Positions 41,655 through 55,147 of a DNA stretch of 64,000 nt are shown here, in pieces. Positions within the stretch are counted from its first letter, which is position 1, and each line of letters starts with the position of its first letter. Source of the DNA: Eledone cirrhosa (lineage: Eukaryota); assembly GCA_964016885.1 (NCBI GenBank), contig OZ024752.1, positions 42,656,001 to 42,720,000 on the forward strand, read 5' to 3'. The notes under the pieces were generated by a model that did not search any database, was not told the DNA's origin, and was given only the letters and a program-made list of their open reading frames with translations. Position numbers and translations under genes: made by a program.

Positions 41655-43308
41655 TTTAGATACCAATGTTGCTTGAATTCAGCTCTTTGTAATAATTTTC
41701 TGCACAGAGTTACAGGCACTCCCTTCTCAGTTTTGTCACCAGAAACAACAGTATACCAGTAATTGGGCTGCTTGTAAATTGTAACTAACAATAGTGGAGG
41801 CACATGGCTCAGTGGTTAGAGCATTGGCCTTGCAATCGAAAGGTTGTGAGTTGAATTCTCAGACCGAGTGATGTGTTGTTTCCTTGAGCAAGACACTTTA
41901 TTTCACATTGCTCCAGTTTACTCAGCTGTAGAAATGAGATGATAGGGACTGGGGTCCCTATCATTCTACTGCAAAGTGGTCGTGGAGGTGCCACGGCAAA
42001 AAAGCACCCAGCACTCACTGTAAATGAGGTTGGTGTTAGGAAGGGCATCCAGCTGTAGAAATCAAGCCAGAATCAGTTCCCGTCCCACCCTTGCAAGCAG
42101 GGAAAAGTGGACGTAAAATGAAATGATGATGATGATGATGATGATGAATAACTGGTATTCAACAATTGCGAAATGGAAAAATAAACAAAAGCTACAATGC
42201 AAGCTAAACCTTATAAAAGGGGAGATAATAAAAAAATTAGCTAAACCTATCCACAGAATTTTGTGTATTAAGCTTAATTGCTATAAATTAATGTTTTGTG
42301 TCTTGTCTCTTACTCCACTGGACAGCGTTTGGCTTCTGTCAGACACTGTGGACCTGGGTGGACTAGCAGTACCATTGTTAGGGGTCGAAACTGCCAAAGT
42401 TCATCTCAAAGGTCGATAACCATGGAGTTCTGTACCCTGCATTTGTATATTTATTAAAAAAAAAAAAAATTTTAAGGTTTTTTTTCCCCTTAACTTACAT
42501 CATTTATTCAGGTTGGGAATGTCTGAGCAGAAGTGTAAGATATTGTCATGGCTTACACCTATGAAGGTTTAACTAGAGAACCAATACTGAGTGGAGCTAG
42601 CATCAGTTTGGCCGGATCCGAGGCGGAGGAGTAGAGACCATAGAAGTAGTTTCTGGTAATATTTTTAAAGCTGTCTAGATTTGAGAGGTGGCAAACTGGC
42701 AGAGCTGTTAGAATGTTGGAGAGATGGTTTTATGGTAGTCGTTTAAGTTCACTGATCTCCGAGTTCAAATTTTGCTTTTCATTCTTCTGAGGTCAATAAA
42801 GTACCAGTCCAGTCCCGAGATCTCTCTCCCTCTCCCAGGAAGTAATTGGCTGTTCTCAGACTTGGAGAAGGAAGAACTCTGCCAGGATTAAATATCCATG
42901 ACCCAATACTAGTATATCTGGATGGCACCTTTAGAACTCAATCAGGAGTTAAGGGTGTTTGGACAGATTTTGTAAAATTGAAACATATATATATAATAAA
43001 AAGATATAGCCTTTTATTATATATATAAGAAAAATGGAGTGCTGCGTGGTTGTTGCACATGGGTTACATATGAATAAAATTAGTCCTTCATCAGTGATCT
43101 TCCAACCTTCATTGGTATTTCATTGATTTAAAAATCATATACCTCTGGTTGGTGCGAGCAGTAACTAAATAAAGTTATTGGGACAAGTAAAATAGGGTGA
43201 AGCGAGTGAGACATGTAAACAAACAAAGATGGTATTGCAACAGAAAGATAGGAAGAGACAAGTACATGATATCTATAAGCTTAAGCTTGGTGAAATCATG
43301 GACGAGAG

Positions 43309-43350
<42 letters not shown>

Positions 43351-43923
43351 TCATTTCATCATCATTTCATTTTACGTCCGCTTTTTCCCTGCTTGCAAGG
43401 GTGGGACGGGAACTGATTCTGGCTTGATTTCTACAGCTGGATGCCCTTCCTAACACCAACCTCATTTTACAGTGAGTGCTGGGTGCTTTTTTGCCGTGGC
43501 ACCTCCACGACCACTTTGCAGTGGAATGATATGGACCCCAGTCCCTATCATCTCATTTCTACAGCTGAGTAAACTGGAGCAATGTGAAATAAAGTGTCTT
43601 GCTCAAGGAAACAACACATCACCCGGTCTGAGAATTGAACTCACAACCTTTCGATTGCAAGGCCAATGCTCTAACCACTAAGCCATGTGCCTCCATATGT
43701 GTGCGTATATATATATATATATATACGCACACATAATTGTTTCTACGTTTGCCACAAGGCCAGCAATTATCCCAGTGTATTACTGGTACTTTATTTTATC
43801 GACCCCCTAAGGATGAAAGGCAAAGTTAACCTCGGCGGGATATGAAATCAGAATGGCAGGGGCCGTAACTCTATACGTCAAAGCATGGCATCCAACCCTC
43901 CACCGATACTGCCAATCCACCGC

Positions 43924-43986
<63 letters not shown>

Positions 43987-44504
43987 ATAAAAGGATGATT
44001 TGTTATGTCTTCATTATGTTTATTGAGTGGTGACGTATGTTTCGCTATTGATCAGCTCAAGGTTCGATCTGTATTGATCTGGCCCCACTATGGAATCAAA
44101 AGCTCGTTGGGCCTCTGTTGTGGTAATGACAGAATGAACTGCATGTTACACTCTCTAGATATATATATATATATATATATATATATGGTTTGAGTGTTGC
44201 ACTTACAATTGTGAGGTTGTGAGTTCAATTCCCAGACTGGGTAATGTGTTGTGTCGTTGAGCAAGACACTTTATTTCACGTTGCTCCAGTCCACGCAGCT
44301 GTAGAAGTGAGTTGCGACGTTACAGGTGCCAAGCTGTATCGGACATTGCCTTTCTCTTGGACAATATCAGTGGTGTAGAAAAGGGAGACTGATATGCATG
44401 GGTGACTGCTGGTTGGCCTTCCACAACCAACTTTGCCCAGACTTGTGCCTCGGAAGGGGAACTTTCTAGGTGCAAATCCCATGGTCTTGTGTGACCGAAG
44501 GGGG

Positions 44505-44564
<60 letters not shown>

Positions 44565-47500
44565 TATACAATATATTAAAAATGGAAACTATATTTATAA
44601 AACCATAAATATTTTATTATATATATTTCAAGGGCTACCAAGGCAGTCTTGGTGCGCTTTCATCAGATAAAATACAAGATTTGTTTTATAAATATTGACA
44701 TAACCGTGGAAAAACTCGAGTAATCTGTTGAGTGCTTTATATCAGTTAGAAACTTTTAAGCTTGTTGGAATCCCAACAAATTAAATATAACTTCTGCATG
44801 TATATATACATATCATCATCATTTCATTTTACGTCCGCTTTTCCCTGCTTGCAAGGGTGGGACAGGAACTGATTCTGGCTTGATTTCTACAGCTGGATGC
44901 CCTTCCTAACACCAACCTCATTTAGAGTGAGTGCTGGGTGCTTTTTTTTGCCGTGGCACCTCCACAACCACTTTACAGTGGAATGATAGGGAACCCAGTC
45001 CCTATCATCTCATTTCTACAGCTGAGTAAACTGGAGCAATGTGAAATAAAGTGTCTTGCTCAAGGAAACAACACATCACCCGGTCTGAGAATTGAACTCA
45101 CAACCTTTCGATTGCAAGGCCAATGCTCTAACCACTAAGCCATGCCTCAAAGTAAAGTAAAATGTTTTTTGACTTACGATGATGTCATCTTGAGTAACAA
45201 TTGGGTGAAGATTGGTAACCAACACACGGTAGCCAGATGAAGATGAGGAATTGGAGAGAATGTCAGAAGAAAACTGAAACAAATCAAATGTTATTTCCAA
45301 TTAGAGAATGAGAAGACAAAAAATCTGAAATTCATAGCTCATGCTTATGTATGTAATGATGCTAAGTAAATGAGTCGCGAATATTCTTTGCTTTACTCAG
45401 GACTTTATTACAGAAGCAATGACAAAAAAAAGTTCTTAGCATGTCTAAGTCCATGAGTGCGCCATTTGCAAAGTGCCGAAAGAGCTTTGATGTTTAACGA
45501 AGAAGAGTTCCGCAACAAAGGGAGATAAGGGGCGAGCATGTACGCTCTATTGTATAAGCACATAAGAAATACAATCGATGAAATGACGATTTGGTAGAGA
45601 ACAAATGAACAAATGGTAAACTGCATGCAACATGGAATGGAACTAAAACAACAACAATGGAACATGCACAGCCCGAGTCATGCATGTGGAGTAGCAGAGA
45701 AGGTTGGAAAGAACAGGAATTTAGAATGATCCAATCGGTTAGTTGAGAAGAGACAATGAATCAGAGAAGACGATAGAAATAGAGCCAGTGGTAAATGTTG
45801 TGAAGAGAAATGGAAATGGTTGGGTCATGTGTTGAGGAAGAAGGATAGAAGTGACTCGGTGAGAAGAATAGAATCAGTGATGAATGCTGAAAAGAGATAT
45901 TTGGGCGATGTGTTGAGGATGGATGAATGGTGTGACGAGAAATGGAATGTGATGGTTGAGTCATGTGGTAAGGAAAGATGAATGTGATGACTGTTGTGCA
46001 CAGAGTTGGAATGAGATACCTGGGTGGAGATAGTTGAGGAAAGATGAAAGCGGCAGGGTGAGAGAAGTGATGGAAATAGAAAACCAAGAAATATATAGCT
46101 GGGGGGTGATAAAAGGGGAAAGGAAAGCCAGAGGTTGCAACCAAGAAATATATAGCTGGGGGTGATAAAAGGAGAAAGGAAAGCCAGAGATTGCAGACAA
46201 ACAAGAAATATATAGCTGGGGGTGATAAAAGGAGAAATGAAAGCCAGAGATTGCAGACAAACAAGAAATATATAGCTGGGGGTGATAAAAGGAGAAAGGA
46301 AAGCCAGAGATTGCAGACAAACAAGAAATATATAGCTGGGGGTGATAAAAGGAGAAAGGAAAGCCAGAGATTGCAGACAAACAAGAAATATATAGCTGGG
46401 GGTGATAAAAGGAGAAATGAAAGCCAGAGATTGCAGACAAACAAGAAATATATAGCTGGGGGTGATAAAAGGAGAAAGGAAAGCCAGAGATTGCAGACAA
46501 ACAAGAAATATATAGCTGGGGGTGATAAAAGGAGAAAGGAAAGCCAGAGATTGCAGACAAACAAGAAATATATAGCTGGGGGTGATAAAAGGAGAAATGA
46601 AAGCCAGAGATTGCAGACAAACAAGAAATATATAGTTGGGGGTGATAAAAGAAGAAAGGAAAGCCAGAGATTGCAGACAAACAAGAAATATATAGTTGGG
46701 GGTGATAAAAGGAGAAATGAAAGCCAGAGGGTTCGGGAGGAGGTTGCAGTCAAGAAATATATAGCTGGGGGGTGATAAAAGGGGAAAGGAAAGCCAGAGG
46801 TTGCAGCCAAGAAATATATAGCTGGGGGTGATAAAAGGAGAAAGGAAAGCCAGAGGTTGCAGCCAAACAAGAAATATATAGTTGGGGGTGATAAAAGGGG
46901 AAATGAAAGCCAGAGGTTGCAGCCAAGAAATATATAGATGGGGGTGATAAAAGGGGAAATGAAAGCCAGAGGTTGCAGTCAAGAAATATATAGATGGGGG
47001 TGATAAAAGGGGAAAGGAAAGCCAGAGGTTGCAGCCAAGAAATATATAGATGGGGGTGATAAAAGGGGAAAGGAAAGCCAGAGGTTGCAGACAAGAAATA
47101 TATAACTGGGGGTGATAAAAGGGGAAAGGAAAGCCAGAGGTTGCAGCCAAGAAATATATAGCTGGGGGTGATAAAAGGGGAAAGGAAAGCCAGAGATTGC
47201 AGACAAACAAGAAATATATAGCTGGGGGTGATAAAAGGAGAAAGGAAAGCCAGAGGTTGCAGACAAACAAGAAATATATAGCTGGGGGTGATAAAAGGGG
47301 AAAGGAAAGCCAGAGGTTGCAGACAAACAAGAAATATATAGATGGGGGTGATAAAAGGGGAAAGGAAAGCCAGAGGTTGCAGACAAACAAGAAATATATA
47401 GCTGGGGGTGATAAAAGGAGAAAGGAAAGCCAGAGATTGCAGACAAACAAGAAATATATAGCTGGGGGTGATAAAAGGAGAAAGGAAAGCCGGAGATTGC

Positions 47501-50500
47501 AGACAAACAAGAAATATATAGCTGGGGGTGATAAAAGGAGAAAGGAAAGCCGGAGATTGCAGACAAACAAGAAATATATAGCTGGGGGTGATAAAAGGAG
47601 AAAGGAAAGCCGGAGATTGCAGACAAACAAGAAATATATAGCTGGGGGTGATAAAAGGAGAAAGGAAAGCCAGAGATTGCAGACAAACAAGAAATATATA
47701 GCTGGGGGTGATAAAAGGGGAAAGGAAAGCCAGAGGTTGCAGACAAACAAGAAATATATAGCTGGGGGTGATAAAAGGGGAAAGGAAAGCCAGAGGTTGC
47801 AGACAAACAAGAAATATATAGCTGGGGGTGATAAAAGGGGAAAGGAAAGCCAGAGGTTGCAGACAAACAAGAAATATATAGCTGGGGGTGATAAAAGGGG
47901 AAGGAAAGCCAGAGGTTGCAGACAAACAAGAAATATATAGCTGGGGGTGATAAAAGGGGAAAGGAAAGCCAGAGGTTGCAGACAAACAAGAAATATATAG
48001 CTGGGGGTGATAAAAGGGGAAAGGAAAGCCAGAGGTTGCAGACAAACAAGAAATATATAGCTGGGGGTGATAAAAGGGGAAAGGAAAGCCAGAGGTTGCA
48101 GACAAACAAGAAATATATAGCTGGGGGTGATAAAAGGAGAAAGGAAAGCCAGAGGTTGCAGACAAACAAGAAATATATAGATGGGGGTGATAAAAGGGGA
48201 AAGGAAAGCCAGAGGTTGCAGACAAACAAGAAATATATAGCTGGGGGTGATAAAAGGAGAAAGGAAAGCCAGAGGTTGCAGACAAACAAGAAATATATAG
48301 ATGGGGGTGATAAAAGGGGAAAGGAAAGCCAGAGGTTGCAGACAAACAAGAAATATATAGCTGGGGGTGATAAAAGGGGAAATGAAAGCCAGAGGTTGCA
48401 GCCAAGAAATATATAGCTGGGGGTGATAAAAGGGGAAAGGAAAGCCAGAGGTTGCAGACAAACAAGAAATATATAGATGGGGGTGATAAAAGGGGAAAGG
48501 AAAGCCAGAGGTTGCAGACAAACAAGAAATATATAGATGGGGGTGATAAAAGGGGAAAGGAAAGCCAGAGGTTGCAGACAAACAAGAAATATATAGATGG
48601 GGGTGATAAAAGGGGAAAGGAAAGCCAGAGGTTGCAGACAAACAAGAAATATATAGATGGGGGTGATAAAAGGGGAAAGGAAAGCCAGAGGTTGCAGACA
48701 AACAAGAAATATAAAGCTGGGGGTGATAAAAGAGAAAAGGAAAGCCAGAGATTAGGGAGCCAATAGAGAAAAATTATCGATGTTCGTTGTTGTTGATATT
48801 AAGAGTAGACTGATGGTCACGCGGGAATTACTTACCTGGTCATGTGAGTCAACATTGCTTGCAGGTTTCATGCGTTTCGTTGCTGAGGGAACAACCCCAA
48901 AATCTCTGGACTGCCGAGGAAATTTGATAAGACTGTCCCGATCTAAAGGTAAGGAAGATTTCGATGGATTGCTACCCACTTCATATTTGTCTCGACGATT
49001 CATCGACGGAGGAGAGAGTACAGAACTGTTGCTAAGCCGTAACGACCATGGAGATGATGATGATGATGATGATGATGACTGTTGTTGTTGTGGTGGTGGT
49101 GGTGGTGGTGGTGGTGGTGGTGGTGGTGGGGATGATGGTGATGTCATATGTCTAGCAGAGGAGGTGAGAGAGGAGTAACCGGAAGTACTCAAATGTTCAT
49201 AATCATAGTCTATGGGGGCTTTGGGGGCTGGCATCTTCTCCCGGTAATGATCATTCTTCAGTTGTATAACAGGACCCCTCAAGGGTTCGTATGTAGCGAT
49301 GTTGGATCTTTCATCACTCTGAAATAGTTGCAAAATGTAAAAATTAAAGTGATCAGAAACTATAAAAACAGATTTAACACTTTCACCAGCAAGTGTGACA
49401 TTGTTGAACCCATGAAATACAGATAGGGACTTCAAAACAGTTTCTTTCTACCCAATTTCACTCACAATGCTTGGATTAACCCTTTAATGTTCAAACCGGC
49501 CAGAATTCTCTACCTCTTTCTGTTGAAACTGGCAGTATCTGGCCACTCATACTGATGTTAAGGTATTGTTCTGAAAATAAATACTTTCAAAATCTTATAG
49601 ATTCGATATTATGTGAAATAAAGCCTTTACCATGAACATACAATAGTATAAATAGAGTAATATGAATGCTGAAGGGTTAAGCCAAGACTATGTTAACCCT
49701 TTAGCATTTAAACCGGCCGTATCTGGCCAGAATCCTCTCACCTTTCTTTTCAAACTGGCTGCTCATACTTATGTTACGGTATTGTTCTCAAAATAAATAA
49801 TATCAAAATCTCATAGATTCGATATTATGCGAGATAATTACCATGGAAATATAATAGTAAATATAGAGTAATGTAAATACTAAAGTGCTGAACAAAGCCC
49901 AAGATGCCCCACAGTGGGAGATCGAAGCTGAGAGTTATGATTGAGAAGCAAACATTTTAACCATTCAGCCACGTTATGTTCAAAACACAGATATGCATAC
50001 ACACACACACAGATATGTATACACAGATACACACACACAGATACGCATACACACACACTCACATGGGTAGCTGAGATGAGATTTTTTTTTTTAGTTTAGT
50101 TTTTTAACATATTTACCTTGTTTGGAACATTTAATCTATTGGGAATATTTTTATTAATCTGAAGTCTTTTATTGGTGTCAATTTGTGAACGGAGGTGTAG
50201 TGAGCTGACATCAAATTGGGAGGTCATTGCACCAGCATTTGGTGACAGAATACCACTGTCAGATGGTGCTAACTCATTGGTCAACTGAAATACAACAGAA
50301 ATTTTAGGTCCCGAAATATTAGGACAGAAGAAAGAACAGCAACAACAAACAAAACAAAAGATTACCAGGTAACTTACTTTTTCGTTACCTCATCTTACTA
50401 TCCATTTTACATTGTTTAGCCTTATACCTCTTTCCACATTATATCTCATATACAATGCTTCAAGCAAACTACATTTTATTATAACAAGATTATTTACATA

Positions 50501-53500
50501 ATAATTACCCATGCTGTCAACAATGATAACAATAGCCTTATGTTTAAATTTTGGAGTCCAGGATTGTCATCTAGTCTAGCAGTGGAGCCTTTTCCTGATA
50601 CAACTGGGCCTCTATCATTGGCATACCTAAAACCTAGTGATTGGCATTCTCATATGAGGCTAGCTAAACCTGTATGGGTGTGAGCTGTAACAACAACATG
50701 ATAGAACTGGGGGTCCCCACCTATCATTAAACCAATCAAGAAACTTCCTATAAGATGTAATCTTGTGGAAGGCCAGTTTAACCTACATGTAAGCATAAAT
50801 AAATGTCTGTGATTTTAAATAACTTGCATTTCAACATTAGTTGACACATGGACGAGACACATTTGTTTGAAAACTTACTCAGAAAGAACTCCATAATGAG
50901 TATAAAGCCTGTCAAGGGGCCTAAGACCTGAAAGGTTTAACCCTTGCACTTGCAGGGAAAATGGCTTTAACCCTTTAGCATTTAAACCGGCCAGAATTCT
51001 CTCACCTCTTTCTGTTCAAACTGGCTGTAACTGGTCACTCATACTGTCATTGAGGTATTGTTCTCAAAATAAATAATATCAAAATCCCATAGATTCAATA
51101 TTATGTGAGATAATTATGAGGGATAAAGCCTTTACTGCGAAAATACAATAGTATATATAGAGTACTGTAAATGCTAAAGGGTTAAAATGCTTGTTGTTGT
51201 GTTGTCACAACGTATAAAGTCATCGTTGTTTTGTATCAGATTTTCCCCTACCCCATGTATAAAGTCACCATTGTTTTGTATCAGATTCTCCATACATCAT
51301 GCTAGCCTACATTATTTAACATCACAAGGCATTCATACTAATGTACTTTCATTTTTGCCTCTCCCTACTTTTTTCTGCTCTGGATAAATGGTAAACTTTG
51401 TATGATCAAAACCAGACAACACAATATAGTTTTTAATGACACCAATTTACTGCCAATAGACAAAGCAAGCAAAAAGTAAAATTAAACTGAAAACTTACAG
51501 TTCTCTTTAGACTCACACCAACATCACCTGATGAGTGAAGTCTTGATTGATGTCTGTTATTCACCTAGCAATAAGATAATATATATATATAAGTGTGTGT
51601 GTAAAAAGTAAACAGAAATAACAAAGCAAACAACACAATACTATAAAGAAATATATTAGTTAAATGCTCATTTATATATATTTGGTAGGTTTTTGCCTAA
51701 ACTTTTCCTACATTTGCTAAAACCTATCACAGTATCTTGTCAGTATATTTATGTATAACATTCAATGTTTTTATATATATATCATTGTCATCACCATTTT
51801 ACGTCAATTTTTCCATGCTAGGGGAAGTGAAAGATGCGCTGTGCTGTGCTGAATATGCCCCGTCCCACCCTTACAAGCAGGGAAAAATGATGGTGAGGAT
51901 GATATATATATATATATATATATAGACGGTAGCCACGGAGTAGGCAGACCCAGAAAAACATGGGACGAGCTGATAAATTCCGACCTCACACGCTTACACC
52001 TCTCCAAGACAATGTCACTGGACCGAGACCTTTGGCGGTACTCAGTAATAGAGAAGACCCGCCTTACCTAAATACAAAGTAAAAACCTACTACAGTCAGT
52101 AGGCACCTCTATCAAAACACACCCCCGTCCCACCACCTCCACACCGCCCCTTTCAATGTAAAGTTATGTTGGTCCCACAACATCCAGGCCGAAACAAATG
52201 AGATCGTGTAGGTGTCACGACAAAAAAACACACAGTCCACGCTGTAAATGTGGCCGTGTAGGCAACACGGTAAAAACCTCCCAGCCCCACACTGTAAATG
52301 TGGTTGGTGTTAGGAAGGGCATCCAGCTGTAGAAAACCCGCCAGACAGTCCACGCTGTAATGTGGCCGTGTAGGCAACACGGTAAAAACCTCCCAGCCCC
52401 ACACTGTAAATGTGGTTGGTGTTAGGAAGGGCATCCAACTGTAGAAAACCCGCCAGACAGTCCTATGCGAGCAAGACAACCACTATTGCCTCAAGTGGGA
52501 AAACCCCCGTCCAAACCCATGCAAGCGTGGAACACGGACGCTAAACCTGATGATGATGATGATGATGATGATAAATACTTGTTTCTACTTTAGGCACAAG
52601 GCCAGCAATTACCCAGTGCATTACTGGTACTTTATTTTATCGACCCCGTAAGGATGAAAGGCAAAGTCAACCTCGGCGGGATTTGAACTCAGATCGTAAA
52701 GGGACGTAACTATGCTTGAAAGCATGGCGTCCGACCCTCTACCGATACTGCCAATCCACCGCATATATATAAATACTGATTACATTACAAATCTCCATAT
52801 ACACACAAACATATGCAAAGATTCTTTACTCCAATACACAAAAAAAAAAGAAGAAAAAAAAAAACGATATTTACTGTCCGGATAATATTGGCTCCAGCTG
52901 TAGCAATTTTCCCTGATACAGACTCCTTAAAGGGTTGAGGTTTTCCTAAACCCATTATTGTCACCTTGGGGCTGTTTGAACTATTGAGATTTAATTTGTG
53001 ATTCATGATAATTTTCTTTCTTGCATCTTGAACATATTTCTTTGCCTGTGAGTTCTGAATTTTCTGTCTAGCATCAACCACATTACTTCCAATTTTCTCC
53101 CTGGCATCTTTGAAGGATTTTGAGGACAGTTTTAAGCGGGCATCAAACTGAAGTAAGGGTGGCTTTCGTTGTGGAACTTTAGTATGTTGATTGTAAACCT
53201 GTTGTTTATGACTTGTAGGAATCTGACTACTGGTACCACTGAGCCGTTGTTTAACTGGTGTTCTCTGATTTGAATGGTAAAGTGGCTTCCTTGTTATAGG
53301 TTTGCGAGAAGTTAATGTGCTTTTCAATAATGGCTGTGAACGTTTATTTTTCCAAGGTTTTCCCTGCCTGAAATTAAATCAAATTGAAGAAAATATTTAA
53401 TAAATTTAAATAAAATGATATCTGAAAGTGATGGATTTGAAAATGAATTATGCTAATGAATGAAAACATAATATTCAAATTTTCATTATCATATCTTGAT

Positions 53501-55101
53501 TGAAAAGCACTGCCAATTTTCAAATAATCAAGAATTTAAAAAGATTTAATATAACTTCCTCATTATTAAGCTGGTATTTAGAAGGTAATTTAAATGTCCT
53601 TACATAAATATAAGCAGTTTTATATTTTAAAAATCAATGGCAGTTTCAGGTGGTTTGGTACTGAAAGGGCTAACCTATTTGACACCAAACTGCCTGAAAC
53701 TGCTGTTTCTGAAATATATTTGTTTCTACTTTAGGCACAAGGCCAGCAATAACCCAGTTCATTACTGGTACTTTATTTCATCGACCCCGTAAGGATGAAA
53801 GGCAAACACCTTATAATATCTAAAAGCAGGGTCATTAATTCAAATATTTATAGTGGATAAGTATCACACTTATAATGTGATACTAAGGTGCATGGCATAG
53901 TGGTTAGAGCATTGAGCTTGTAATTGGAAGGTTGTGAGTTCAATTCTCGGACCGGGTGATGCATTGTATCCTTGAGCAAGACACTTCATTTCACGTTGCT
54001 CCAGTTTACTCAGCTGTACAAATGAGTAGCGGTGTCACTGGTGTCAAGCTGTATCGGCCATTGCCTTTCTCGATGGACAACAACGGTGGTGTGGAGAGGG
54101 GAGACTGGTATGTATGGGCGACTGCTGGTCTTCCACAAACAACTTTGACTGGACTTGTGCCACGGAGGGAAACTTTCTAGGTTTAAAGGGGGTCTTTTCT
54201 CTTTACAGTCATAGTGCTGTTTTGCACATGACAAGAATGTTTTGCTAATGTAGTTTCATGGTGTACTGTACATGGATTTAAGAGTTAATGTGTTTATATT
54301 TATATAAAAACCTTCCATCATAATTTTATGTAAGAACGTTTCTTAAGTTATGTTCCAAACATCAGATAAATAACGAGAAAATTTGTTATATCACTAAATA
54401 TCTCCAAATTCTTTATGATTTTCAAAATGATTTGAAAATAATAGGGCAGAGTCTTTCATTAGAAATATGGTAATGAAAGGATTAAAGTGTTTATATTTGG
54501 CGGCTCGCCTAACAGAGGTAACTGGCGATGCTCGCGAGGGCGCTTGGCTGTTCCAGCGCATCATCCTCGCCATCACCCGAGGTAAACGCTGCAAGGGTTG
54601 GCTTGCCTCAAAAATTATTAGAGAAGTTCCAGTGCTCCTCGCGATATCTGTTCTGGCAGTGTTTCGTTTGTCCACCCCTTTCGCTTTCTATTTGATGTAT
54701 GTGGTCCAACGTGTGTGTATTACCGGCTGGTGGTTTTATTTTATTTTATTTGTCTTACTTGTACGAATATTTATACAATTGTGAATAAAATTGAAGAGAT
54801 TGTTTTCAAATAATCCTCTTAAAAATACCCTTCCATCATAATCTAACGAAAAAAACCTTTGATATGTTCCAAAGACAAGCTTTAATAACGAGACAGTTAC
54901 TTGCAAATCCCTCCAACTTCTTGATTATTTAAAAAACACATTTGAAAATCATATGCATTATCTTTTATTAGAAATATGGTATCGTAAGGGTGAAAGTCAA
55001 CACATCTATATGGAACCTTACTCAGAAACACTAAATGACAGTCAACCTGCCTAGACACTCGGAGAAAACCAAATAAAAAATACAGTTGACGTCTCTTTAA
55101 A

Positions 55102-55147
<46 letters not shown>

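Noticed and set aside
41796-41870. tRNA gene
   Set aside because: tRNA-like SINE head without a proper acceptor stem; continues into CORE and tail
45761-48766. Long ORFs (958, 651, 456, 369 aa) on both strands
   Set aside because: Translations of a 60-bp minisatellite that happens to lack stops; intronic to POLDIP3
51528-51545. CTGATGA as a hammerhead core
   Set aside because: No stem II or GAAA; it is the antisense of POLDIP3 exon 3
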